45,634 nucleotides of DNA, from assembly GCA_017853235.1 (NCBI GenBank), contig JAFMJX010000001.1, forward strand, positions 1 to 45,634. Reading direction: 5' to 3'. The notes under the pieces were generated by a model. The model saw nothing but the letters and a program-made list of their open reading frames with translations. It was not told the origin of the DNA and made no database searches. This document shows, piece after piece, positions 28,830 through 38,684 of the stretch (position 1 is its first letter; every line of letters starts with the position of its first letter). The position numbers and the translations under genes are program-made. This DNA comes from Chitinophagaceae bacterium (lineage in GTDB: Bacteria > Bacteroidota > Bacteroidia > Chitinophagales > Chitinophagaceae).

Positions 28830-29348
28830 ATGTCAGAAGCTTTTGTAAATAAGGTTGCAGAGAGCGGTTTAATTAGTTTAGACCTTGCCTCTTTTTTACC
28901 AACCAACGAGTTGGTCGTGTTTGATATAAAGCCCTATTTATTTATGGAGCTTATTTTAAAAGAAAAAGAATTTCGTCAATCGCTTTCTGAAATTGATTGG
29001 TCACAATACCAAGATAAAATTGTAGGCATTCATTGTAGCGCGGATGCTATTATTCCAATGTGGGCAAACATGCTGGTGGTATCACATTTAAACCCATTTG
29101 CTAAAGCAGTATATTTTGGGGATGAAAACAAAGTAAGAGAACAAATTTTATTAGAAAGCATCGCTACTATTAATGCCAGTGACTATGCGGACCAACGAGT
29201 GGTGGTGAAGGGTTGTGGAGAAATACCCATTGGAGAGTCGGCTTACGTTGCAATTACACAAAAGCTAAGACCCACCGCAAAAAGCATAATGTATGGAGAA
29301 CCCTGCAGCACCGTTCCGGTATATAAAAAAAAGAATTCCACATCATGA
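28830..29348 (+). CDS. DUF2480-family protein
   Basis: VNKVAESGL, LILKEKEFR, CSADAIIP.WA, KGC, SIMYGEPCSTVP. Confidence 0.82.
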   Translation: MSEAFVNKVAESGLISLDLASFLPTNELVVFDIKPYLFMELILKEKEFRQSLSEIDWSQYQDKIVGIHCSADAIIPMWANMLVVSHLNPFAKAVYFGDENKVREQILLESIATINASDYADQRVVVKGCGEIPIGESAYVAITQKLRPTAKSIMYGEPCSTVPVYKKKNSTS

Positions 29349-30616
29349 CGCAACCCTTTACCAACGAACTTTCTTTTGCACAGCAAATGGATAAAGAGGA
29401 TCCGCTGGCTAAATATAAAAAAGCGTTTTACTTTCCACAACACAACAACGAAGATGTAATTTATTTTTGCGGCAACTCTTTAGGACTACAACCCAAAAGC
29501 GTACGCGATGCAATAGAGGTTGAATTAAATAGTTGGAAAGAGTTGGCAATAGGCGGTTATATGAAGGGTACCAATCCTTGGTTGTATTATCAACAATATT
29601 TAAACAAACCATTGTCCCACATCATGGGATGTTTAGAAGAAGAGGTTACCGTAATGAATGCGCTAACCGTAAACCTTCATTTATTTTTATTAAGTTTTTA
29701 CAAGCCCCAAGGAAAGAAAAACAAAATTATTATGGAGGCGGGCGCGTTCCCATCAGATCAATACGCCGTTGAAACAATCGTAAAACATTATGGGCTGGCT
29801 CCGGATCAAATTATTATTGAGTTGGTGCCACAACCGGGAGAAAAAATTTTAAACACCAAAGACATTGTTACAGCCATCAAAACAACAGGAGAAGAACTCG
29901 CGCTGGTTTTGTTGGGCGGCATTAATTATTATACCGGACAGCTTTTTGATATAAAAAATATTACACTAGCAACGCACGAGGTGGGCGCAATAGCAGGATT
30001 TGATTTAGCACATGTAGCAGGAAATGTGCCTATGCAATTACACGACTGGAAGGTGGATTTTGCGGTGTGGTGTAGTTATAAATATTTAAACGGGGGTCCC
30101 GGTGCCGTGGGTGGTGCGTTTGTGCACGAAACCCACGCAAAAAAAATAGATACACCAAGGCTGGGTGGTTGGTGGGGCAACGAAGAATCCACAAGATTTA
30201 AAATGGAAAAGGGGTTTGTTCCAAAACCCAATGCGGCTGGCTGGAACCTAAGCACTGCGCAGGTTTTTAACACGGTGTGTTTAAAAGCAAGCTTAACGAT
30301 ATTTGAAGAAGCAAACATTCATACCATTCGAAAAAAGAGCATCCTGCTCACCAACTATTTAGAGTTTTTATTAAAAGACATTACCCATTTGAATTTTGAA
30401 ATTATAACACCGCCCAACCAAGAAGAAAGGGGGGCGCAACTTTGTTTATATTTTAATGAAAGAGGAAAAGAGGTTCACCAAAAAATGCACGACGCAGGAA
30501 TTGTAGTAGATTACAGAGAGCCGGGAGTTATTAGGGTGGCGCCTGCGCCACTATATTGTAGCTTTGAAGATGTACATCGTTTTTACATGATCATGAAAAA
30601 CTTAAAAGCAGAATAG
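29345..30616 (+). CDS. kynU: Kynureninase
   Basis: YFCGNSLGLQP, MNALTVNLH, AFPSDQY, DLAH..GN, WCSYKYLNGGPG (PLP Lys). Confidence 0.96.
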   Translation: MTQPFTNELSFAQQMDKEDPLAKYKKAFYFPQHNNEDVIYFCGNSLGLQPKSVRDAIEVELNSWKELAIGGYMKGTNPWLYYQQYLNKPLSHIMGCLEEEVTVMNALTVNLHLFLLSFYKPQGKKNKIIMEAGAFPSDQYAVETIVKHYGLAPDQIIIELVPQPGEKILNTKDIVTAIKTTGEELALVLLGGINYYTGQLFDIKNITLATHEVGAIAGFDLAHVAGNVPMQLHDWKVDFAVWCSYKYLNGGPGAVGGAFVHETHAKKIDTPRLGGWWGNEESTRFKMEKGFVPKPNAAGWNLSTAQVFNTVCLKASLTIFEEANIHTIRKKSILLTNYLEFLLKDITHLNFEIITPPNQEERGAQLCLYFNERGKEVHQKMHDAGIVVDYREPGVIRVAPAPLYCSFEDVHRFYMIMKNLKAE

Positions 30617-30617
30617 T

Positions 30618-31232
30618 ATGAGCAAGGAAAATAAAACTTTTTCATTATTGTGTTTAGGTGATTCTTATACTATTGGTGAATCGGTTCCTTTGCACGAGGG
30701 CTTTCCCTATCAAACCATACAAAAATTACGTAAGGCGGGTTGGTCTTTTTCGCCAGCAGAGGTGGTTGCTAAAACCGGTTGGACCACCTTTGAATTATTG
30801 GCCCATCTAGAAAAAACAATTTTAAACAATCACTACGACTTTGTTACCCTATTAATTGGTGTAAACAATCAATACCGAGGCCTGTCTTTGGTTGATTTTG
30901 AAAAAGACTTTATAATACTATTACAAAAGTCAATCGCTTTTGCAGGTGGAAAGGGTAAGCATGTAATAGTGTTGTCTATTCCAGATTGGGGCGTGACTTC
31001 TTTTGCAAAAAGTAAAAAGATAGACGCAGAAAAAACCAGCAAGGAAATTAACGCGTTTAATGAAGTGTGTCAAAAACACGCATCTTCAAGTGGTTGCCAA
31101 TTCGTAAACATTACAGAAAATACGAGACAAGCAAACGATCACACCAACCTGTTGGCATCGGATGGATTACACTATTCGGCCGTAGAACACGAAGTGTGGG
31201 CCAATTTTGTAGCACATAAAATAATGCAATAG
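30618..31232 (+). CDS. SGNH/GDSL hydrolase
   Basis: LGDSYT, TGWTT, IGVNNQYR, DGLH blocks. Confidence 0.9.
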   Translation: MSKENKTFSLLCLGDSYTIGESVPLHEGFPYQTIQKLRKAGWSFSPAEVVAKTGWTTFELLAHLEKTILNNHYDFVTLLIGVNNQYRGLSLVDFEKDFIILLQKSIAFAGGKGKHVIVLSIPDWGVTSFAKSKKIDAEKTSKEINAFNEVCQKHASSSGCQFVNITENTRQANDHTNLLASDGLHYSAVEHEVWANFVAHKIMQ

Positions 31233-31257
31233 TTTTTTAACCCATCCACACATTATA

Positions 31258-34128
31258 TTAATGTGCTTCTAGCCAGTTTTTGCCCACACCCACTTCGGCT
31301 TCTACGGGAACTTCATTAGGCAAAACCATTGCACCCTTCATGCAAGAAAGAATTAATTCTTTTAATTCCGGTAATTCTTTTTCGGTTGCATCAAACACCA
31401 ATTCATCGTGCACTTGTAAAATCATTTTAGAATCCCAATGTTTCTTTTTCATTTCCGAATGAATTTTAATCATTGCCAACTTAATCATGTCGGCAGCAGA
31501 CCCTTGTATGGGAGAGTTGATCGCGTTGCGTTCCGCAAAACCGCGTACCGTAAAATTACTGCTATTAATATCTCTTAACCATCGTTTGCGTCCCATCAGG
31601 GTTTCCACAAATCCCAATTCTTTTGCGTTGTTAATTTGTTGATCCATGTACAACTGAATGTTTGGAAACTCTTTTTTATAGTTGTCAATGATTTCTTTTG
31701 CTTCCGTACGTGATATTCCTAAGTTTTCTGCCAAACCAAAAGCCCCCTGTCCATAAATAATTCCAAAGTTCACGCTCTTGGCTTTGTAACGCATTTCCTT
31801 TGTTACCGCCGACTCATCTATTCCATATACTTTAGCTGCGGTGGCGGTATGTATATCCTTACCAAGTTTAAACGCTTCACACATATTAGGGTCTCCACTA
31901 ATGGCGGCTACAATTCTTAATTCAATTTGAGAATAATCTGCGCTCACTAAAATTCTACTTGGATCGCGCGGTACAAAAGCCTTTCTTATTTCGCGGCCAC
32001 GCTCGGTACGAATTGGAATGTTTTGTAGGTTGGGGTTGGTGCTGCTTAAGCGACCCGTTACTGCTACCGCTTGCGCATAGCTGGTATGAATACGGCCCGT
32101 TTTTGGATTAATTAATTCTGGTATTGCATCAACGTAGGTGGATTTTAATTTTGTAAGCTCCCTAAAGTTTAAAATATCGTCTACAATTTTATGTTTAGCC
32201 GCCATTTTTTGTAAGACATCTTCCCCGGTTGCATATTGACCCGTTTTGGTTTTTTTAGCTTTGGCATCTAATTTCAAAATATCAAAAAGCACTTCACCCA
32301 ATTGTTTGGGAGATGCTAAATTAAATCTTACGCCGGCTTGTTCATATACCCTCTCTTCACTTTGTTTAGCCTCTACCTCCAATATTTTACTATAGTCATT
32401 TAAAAATTGATTATCTACTTTAACTCCCTCGTATTCCATATCCACCAACACGCGTACTAAAGGATTTTCAACTTCTTCAAAAACGCGAGTGACCTCCTTT
32501 TTTTGAATGAGGGGCGCGATGCTTTGTTTCAATTGAAAAGTAATATCGGCATCTTCGGCTGCGTATTCGGTAATTTGTTCTAAAGAAGCGTCTCGCATGC
32601 TTCCTTGATTTTTTCCTTTTTTACCAATGATGCTTTCAATAGCAACGGGTTCATATCCTAGAAATTGAGCGCTTAGCAAGTCCATACTACGCCTACCCTC
32701 TGGTTCTATTACGTAATGTGCCAACATGGTATCAAAAGTATTACCCACCAATTCCACACCATACCACTTCAACACTAAAAAATCATATTTTAAATTTTGT
32801 CCAATCCACAGGACGTCCTTTTTTTCAAATAGCGGTGAAAATAATTTTAAAATATGTTTCGCCCCGTCTTTTCCATCTCCATCATTTGCTACCGGAATAT
32901 AATAACCTTCGTGCGCTTTATAAGAAAAACTTAATCCCACCAACGATACATTATTAGCATCCACTCCTGTAGTTTCCGTATCAATACAAATTTCACTTTG
33001 TTGTAATAAAGTTTTTACTAATTTTTCAATAGCAGCATCGCCCACCACCGACTCATAATGATGATTTGTGTTATTGATATTTTTATTCACCACTAAAATC
33101 GGAGCGCTTTCTTCTTCACTCACAACGTCTGCCTCGTCTAACTCTTCGGTTGGCCCTAAATTAGTTTTTTTAGTCTTTGCGGGTTTTGCTTTTACTACAT
33201 TTCCAAATAAATCGGTTTGCTCTTCGGTATTTACTTTGGAAACGACCTCAAATTCGCTTCCTAAAATTCTTTTACCTAATGTTTTAAATTCTAGTTCATT
33301 AAAAATTTCGGTGAGCGCGGGAATATTTTTTTCTTTTAGTTTAAAGTCTTCCTCGTGAAATGTAACCGGAACGTTGGTGATGATAGTAGCCAACTTTTTA
33401 CTCATGATAGCAGACTCTTTTCCTGACCGCACTTTTTCTCCCATCGAGCCCGTAATCTTATCGGCGTTTGCCAATACGTTTTCAAGCGTGTCGTATTGTT
33501 TTAATAATTTGGCTGCAGTTTTTTCTCCTACACCCGGAATTCCTGGAATATTATCTGAGGCATCACCCATAAGCCCTAACATATCTACCACCTGTTCCAC
33601 TCTTTGTATGTCCCACTTTTCACAAATTTTTTGTGCTGTTAAAATTTCTTCTTTATTTCCAAAGGCGGGCGGTTTCCATATAAACACATTTGGATGAATT
33701 AATAGTTGACCATAATCTTTGTCCGGAGTCACCATATAAACTTCATAACCAAGGTCTGCAGCTTGCCAAGCAAGGGTACCAATAATATCGTCTGCTTCAT
33801 ATCCATCATATTCAATGACGGGTATATTAAATCCTTCAATAATCGCTTTAATATGCGGTAAAGAGTCTAATAAATCTTCTGGAGCTTCTTGGCGATTTGC
33901 TTTGTAATCAGAAAAGTCCGTATGTCTTTCGGTGGGGGCGTGCGTGTCAAAACATACCGCAATATGCGTTGGGTTTTCTTTCTTAATAATTTCTAATAAG
34001 GTATTGGTAAAACCAAATTGAGCGTTGGTGTTAATTCCTGTAGAAGTAATACGCGGTGTGCGTATTAGCGCATAATAGGCACGATAAATCAAGGCCAGCG
34101 CATCTAATAAAAAAAGCTTTTTAGACAT
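31258..34128 (-). CDS. polA: DNA polymerase I
   Basis: 5'-3' exo (YEADD, GDASDNIPG), 3'-5' exo (DTETT), polymerase motifs (DYSQIELR, K..NFGIIYG, QVHDEL). Confidence 0.98.
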   Translation of the reverse strand: MSKKLFLLDALALIYRAYYALIRTPRITSTGINTNAQFGFTNTLLEIIKKENPTHIAVCFDTHAPTERHTDFSDYKANRQEAPEDLLDSLPHIKAIIEGFNIPVIEYDGYEADDIIGTLAWQAADLGYEVYMVTPDKDYGQLLIHPNVFIWKPPAFGNKEEILTAQKICEKWDIQRVEQVVDMLGLMGDASDNIPGIPGVGEKTAAKLLKQYDTLENVLANADKITGSMGEKVRSGKESAIMSKKLATIITNVPVTFHEEDFKLKEKNIPALTEIFNELEFKTLGKRILGSEFEVVSKVNTEEQTDLFGNVVKAKPAKTKKTNLGPTEELDEADVVSEEESAPILVVNKNINNTNHHYESVVGDAAIEKLVKTLLQQSEICIDTETTGVDANNVSLVGLSFSYKAHEGYYIPVANDGDGKDGAKHILKLFSPLFEKKDVLWIGQNLKYDFLVLKWYGVELVGNTFDTMLAHYVIEPEGRRSMDLLSAQFLGYEPVAIESIIGKKGKNQGSMRDASLEQITEYAAEDADITFQLKQSIAPLIQKKEVTRVFEEVENPLVRVLVDMEYEGVKVDNQFLNDYSKILEVEAKQSEERVYEQAGVRFNLASPKQLGEVLFDILKLDAKAKKTKTGQYATGEDVLQKMAAKHKIVDDILNFRELTKLKSTYVDAIPELINPKTGRIHTSYAQAVAVTGRLSSTNPNLQNIPIRTERGREIRKAFVPRDPSRILVSADYSQIELRIVAAISGDPNMCEAFKLGKDIHTATAAKVYGIDESAVTKEMRYKAKSVNFGIIYGQGAFGLAENLGISRTEAKEIIDNYKKEFPNIQLYMDQQINNAKELGFVETLMGRKRWLRDINSSNFTVRGFAERNAINSPIQGSAADMIKLAMIKIHSEMKKKHWDSKMILQVHDELVFDATEKELPELKELILSCMKGAMVLPNEVPVEAEVGVGKNWLEAH

Positions 34129-34132
34129 GTTG

Positions 34133-34140
34133 CTAAGATA
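34133..34140 (-). promoter_or_regulatory. -7 element variant (TATCTTAG) 4 nt before polA ATG
   Basis: Minus strand TATCTTAG-CAAC-ATG immediately after a terminator. Confidence 0.55.
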
Positions 34141-34143
34141 CCC

Positions 34144-34172
34144 AAAAAAACGGCCGCTGATGAAAGCGGCCG
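34144..34172 (-). terminator. Intrinsic terminator after amidohydrolase pair
   Basis: CGGCCGCT / AGCGGCCG stem then T7 on minus strand. Confidence 0.8.
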
Positions 34173-34216
34173 CGTAAAACTTTTTGTTTTTAAAATATTT
34201 TATAACCCATTAAAGG

Positions 34217-35542
34217 CTATTTGATACCATACTTATGCTTGTAGCGTTCGTATAGCTGCTTTTGTTTGTTATCAAGTGAAATAGATCTTCCTTGAATAAA
34301 AGCGTGGCTTAATTGATTGCTGCGCATGTCTAAAATATCACCCTGGCTTACAATAATATTGGCGTCTTTGCCTACTTCAATAGAACCCGTTTTGTCATCA
34401 ATACCCAAAATTTTCGCACTATTTAGGGTGATGGCGGTGAGGGCTTCTTCTTTAGTTAAACCATAAGTAGCAGCCGTTCCTGCATTAAAGCTAAGGTTGA
34501 TTTGTTTAGCGTTATCGCTCATGTCATTCAAAGCAAATAACACACCCGCTTTGCTTAATTGTGCTGGTGTTTTATAAGGTTGATCAATATCATCATCTTC
34601 GGTTGCGGGAAGGGCGTGTTGTTGATCTATAATTACTGGAATTTTATTTTCTGCTAATAAATTAGCTATTTGAAAACTCTCTGATCCACCTACAATCACA
34701 ATGTTGAATCCAAAAGTTTTTCCTAAATCAATAGCAACCAACATTTGTTTTACTTCATTAGCGCGCACAAATAATTTTTGTTTGCCTTCAAACAAAGCGC
34801 GCGTAGCTTCAAATTTCAAATTACTAGCAACATGATTTTTTTCTTGCAAATAAGCCTTTGCCTGAGTAAAAAAGTTTTTAATAATTTCTATTTTATCAAA
34901 TGCGGCTTTTGCAGGATCCGAAGGGGCGCCAACGCCCATCATCATGGCGCGGAAACCGCCACGACCCCCGCGACGAGCCATCATGGATGGAATAGTGATG
35001 TACATGCCCGTATTGGCTTTATATTCAGCATCTTCATAATTCCATGCATCTAATTGAACCACACTAGAGCGCCCCTCAATGAGTTCACCTTCGGGAGCAA
35101 TATGCGCCAACAACACGCCATTAGAGCGCAATACGTTGGTTACTTTTGAATCGGTATTATAAGAAACAATACTTCTTATGTCTGCATTGTTTTCTCCAAT
35201 TTCTTGTAAGTCGTTGCTACCACGAACCCCGCTTGAAATTTCTTTCAAACCTAAAAAAGAATTAGGTAAGATTAAACCAGGATAAACTTGTTTTCCTGTT
35301 CCATCAATTTCGGTAGCGCCTTTTGGAACCGGAACACCCACCCCCACAGCAGTAATTTTTCCTTTTTCAAACACTATCGTAGCATCATTTAAAACGGTAC
35401 CGTTACCCACATGCACGGTAGCATGAGTGATTGCGGTAGCGCCCTTTTGAGCAGGAGCGGGATACACCGTTTCCTGAGCCTTCGCCATTGTTACTAACAA
35501 TGCAAAGGATAATATTAATAAACTAGCATATTTCTTTTGCAT
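34217..35542 (-). CDS. Exported amidohydrolase-fold protein lacking the HxH motif
   Basis: Signal peptide; GKQVYPGLILPNS in place of PG.ID.HxH; GSIEVGKDAN. Confidence 0.85.
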   Translation of the reverse strand: MQKKYASLLILSFALLVTMAKAQETVYPAPAQKGATAITHATVHVGNGTVLNDATIVFEKGKITAVGVGVPVPKGATEIDGTGKQVYPGLILPNSFLGLKEISSGVRGSNDLQEIGENNADIRSIVSYNTDSKVTNVLRSNGVLLAHIAPEGELIEGRSSVVQLDAWNYEDAEYKANTGMYITIPSMMARRGGRGGFRAMMMGVGAPSDPAKAAFDKIEIIKNFFTQAKAYLQEKNHVASNLKFEATRALFEGKQKLFVRANEVKQMLVAIDLGKTFGFNIVIVGGSESFQIANLLAENKIPVIIDQQHALPATEDDDIDQPYKTPAQLSKAGVLFALNDMSDNAKQINLSFNAGTAATYGLTKEEALTAITLNSAKILGIDDKTGSIEVGKDANIIVSQGDILDMRSNQLSHAFIQGRSISLDNKQKQLYERYKHKYGIK

Positions 35543-35545
35543 ACA

Positions 35546-38500
35546 TTAATTGTTTTCGTTTTCATAAATAGTGGCCATATGATCTTCGTGTTCGTGATCG
35601 CCACAAGTTAATAATACTTGGAAGCTAGGTGTAGCGGCGCGCATTGGCATACCCGCGCGTTTATCCCCCAACATTTTTTGAATCAATCTAGATTTTTCGG
35701 CAGTAATTTTTTTACGCGCTTCGGCATCTTTTTCTCTATCAAAATAAACAACACCATCTACAATTGTTTTTTCTGCCTTAGCATAAATACTTAAAGGATT
35801 GTCGGACCACAATACCACGTCCGCATCTTTACCCACCTTAATGCTTCCTACTTTATTATCAACGTGCAAAGCTTTAGCAGGATTTAAAGTCACCATTTTT
35901 AAAGCCTCTTCTTCGCTCACACCACCATACTTCACAATTTTGCCTGCTTCTTGATTTAATCTGCGCGCCATTTCTGCATCATCAGAATTAATACAAACGT
36001 TTAATCCTACTTTTTGCATAATTGCAGCGTTGTATGCAATTGCATCTTGTACTTCTGTTTTATACATAAACCAATCTGAGAAAGTAGAAACACTGGCGCC
36101 GTGTGCTTTCATTTTGTCGGCCACCTTATATCCTTCCAAAATGTGCGTGAAAGTATTAAACGTAAAACCATATTTATCACCTACACGCATAGCGTATGTA
36201 ATTTCTGGCTGTACATAAGAGTGACAAGTAATGAAACGTTTTTTATTTAAAATTTCTACAAGTGCATCTAATTCTAAATCACGACGCCCGTTAGGATTCG
36301 CCTTAAGATTTTTTTGATAATCAACTGCGCGATCAAATGCATCATTCAACACTTCTTCTACTCCCATTCTGGTATCGGGGTAACGATTGTTGTTGGTGCT
36401 GGTTGTTCGTTTTACGTTTTCACCTAAAGCGAATTTGATAAACGGATCTGCACCCGCAAATTTTAAGCCCTCGTCTGAAGCGCCCCAACGTAATTTAATT
36501 AATTGAGTTTGTCCACCAATGGTGTTTGCAGAACCATGTAATATGTGTGAGCTTGTTACACCACCACTTAATTGACGATAAATATTTACATCTTCTGGAT
36601 TTAAGTTATCACCAATTCGCACTTCCGAAGTAACCGACTGGCCCCCTTCGTTGGTAGACATTGACGCAATGTGAGAGTGTTCATCTATCACACCAGGACT
36701 CAAATGTTTTCCGGTACCGTCTACTATTTTAGCAGAAGCATCAGAAATGTTTTTGCCCACCTTCGCAATTTTACCACCCTTAATTAATACATCTGTATTT
36801 TGTAAAATTCCATCTTTTTCGTTAGTCCAAACGGTTGCATTTTTAATTAAAATGGTTTCTTGTTGAGGAACCACTTCATTTCCAAAACCAGTAAATGGAT
36901 AAGTTACTTTTGAAACAAATCGTGCGCTATCTTGACCGCCGCGTCTAAAATCACCTCTGGCAGTTTCGTTTGTTGTGCCTAATGCACTCTTGAATGTTGC
37001 AGACCAAGTTGATTTATTGCCAGCACCATCGGTTCCTAAACCAGACCAGGTGTTTCCAGAAATAACTCCGCTTAAACGAAGCTGATCTGCGCCACGCCCC
37101 TTTTTAGTAGGAAAATTAATTTTAACAAGAGCTTCGTTCACGGTTACTTTAGCTGACAAAGTATCTGCACCAATGATGTTTGCAGATAAATCTTTTTTCA
37201 CTTCTAAATTATATTCAGTTTTGGTACCATTATTATTAATCGTTAAAGTGTATTTGCCAGCAAGGTTTGTCCATTCTGTTTCATTCACTTCATATTTATT
37301 TCCTTGTACCCAGTTTTCAATAATTTTTGAATTCGCGTTAAACACGGGCTCGGTGGTGATAATAAAATTAGCCCACTTGCCCGTTTCGATAGAGCCCACC
37401 TGATCATACACACCCAATAAAGTGGCGGGTGTTTTTGTTAAAGCTTCTAACGCTTTGGTTTCTGATAAACCATTTTGAATTGCTTTTTTAACATTCGCTA
37501 AAAATTGCTTGCTGTCTTTCATGTCTCCAGACGTTAAGCTAAATGGAATATTTGCTTTTTCAAAAACGCCAGGATTGGTTGGCGCTAACTCCCAATGTTT
37601 CATGTCTGCTAATGAAACAAAACGCGCATCATTAGGGTCTTCTACGTCCATTGCTGCAGGAAAATCGACACCTAATATATAAGACGCTTTTGTTTTTGCT
37701 ATTTCATCAATACGTTGGTAACCGTTATCAGCACCTCTAATAATGTATTGTACACCAAATTCGTCCCCAATTCTATCAGCTCTTACCGCGTTCCACTTAT
37801 CATCTGTTGCAAAAATTTGCGGCATACTTTGGTTATTGTTCCAAGCTTCTAAAGACAGGTTTACTCCTTCGCTTACAGGTTTTGTTTGATACCATTTTGC
37901 ATCTAAATATGATTGACGCAAAACAGCAATGCTTCCCATTAAACTACTTGGATAAGATTGCGTAGAAGTTCCTTTATCAAAAGAATATACCGAAGCAGCT
38001 TTTGTTTTTAAAATAGCTTTATGATTATCATCTGTTGCCAAACTAACAACCGCACCAGTGCCCCTTGCTAAACCATCTTTGACGTGAGTGAATACGGCAC
38101 CAAACCCGTTTGCACGAAAACCGCTTGCACCATTTTCGTCTACCGTAAAAATATCTACTGCATTTATTTCGGGACGCACCGCCTGGTTCCAGTTATAGGC
38201 ACCTGGTTTGTTTGAAATAAATTGTGCAGGAGCGCCAAAGTTAAATCCACCTTGTCCTCGTTGGGGAGCCGGCAAGCCATAACTTGTTAATGCGTCAATA
38301 AAAGAGGGATAAATAAATTTACCCGCACAATCCACTACAATAGCATCGGCGGGAACCGAAAGCCCTGTGCCAACCGCCACAATTTTACCTTGCTTAATAA
38401 TTAATGTTGCCTTTTCAATTTTGGTGTTTTCGTTTTGAATAATTGTTGCATTGGTGAATGCATACAATCCACTACGAACATCTCTTATTCCGTTTATTGG

Positions 38501-38569
38501 AAATGTTTCTTGTGCTTGTGCTAAGAACACGACACAAAACAGTAGAAGAGAAGATAAGATCCGCTTCAT
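35546..38569 (-). CDS. Exported double-domain amidohydrolase
   Basis: Signal peptide; domain 1 YPSFIDALTS..GSIETGKWAN, domain 2 PGVIDEHSH..GSIKVGKDAD. Confidence 0.87.
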   Translation of the reverse strand: MKRILSSLLLFCVVFLAQAQETFPINGIRDVRSGLYAFTNATIIQNENTKIEKATLIIKQGKIVAVGTGLSVPADAIVVDCAGKFIYPSFIDALTSYGLPAPQRGQGGFNFGAPAQFISNKPGAYNWNQAVRPEINAVDIFTVDENGASGFRANGFGAVFTHVKDGLARGTGAVVSLATDDNHKAILKTKAASVYSFDKGTSTQSYPSSLMGSIAVLRQSYLDAKWYQTKPVSEGVNLSLEAWNNNQSMPQIFATDDKWNAVRADRIGDEFGVQYIIRGADNGYQRIDEIAKTKASYILGVDFPAAMDVEDPNDARFVSLADMKHWELAPTNPGVFEKANIPFSLTSGDMKDSKQFLANVKKAIQNGLSETKALEALTKTPATLLGVYDQVGSIETGKWANFIITTEPVFNANSKIIENWVQGNKYEVNETEWTNLAGKYTLTINNNGTKTEYNLEVKKDLSANIIGADTLSAKVTVNEALVKINFPTKKGRGADQLRLSGVISGNTWSGLGTDGAGNKSTWSATFKSALGTTNETARGDFRRGGQDSARFVSKVTYPFTGFGNEVVPQQETILIKNATVWTNEKDGILQNTDVLIKGGKIAKVGKNISDASAKIVDGTGKHLSPGVIDEHSHIASMSTNEGGQSVTSEVRIGDNLNPEDVNIYRQLSGGVTSSHILHGSANTIGGQTQLIKLRWGASDEGLKFAGADPFIKFALGENVKRTTSTNNNRYPDTRMGVEEVLNDAFDRAVDYQKNLKANPNGRRDLELDALVEILNKKRFITCHSYVQPEITYAMRVGDKYGFTFNTFTHILEGYKVADKMKAHGASVSTFSDWFMYKTEVQDAIAYNAAIMQKVGLNVCINSDDAEMARRLNQEAGKIVKYGGVSEEEALKMVTLNPAKALHVDNKVGSIKVGKDADVVLWSDNPLSIYAKAEKTIVDGVVYFDREKDAEARKKITAEKSRLIQKMLGDKRAGMPMRAATPSFQVLLTCGDHEHEDHMATIYENENN

Positions 38570-38684
38570 ACGCGACTGAATTTAGTTGTTTAATAATACT
38601 TCTGAACAGAAGGGTTTTAAAGCTACTAAAAACTTGTTGTGAAAAAACGAAAAAGAGAAAATTTTTGATAAATGGAGGAAGAAA

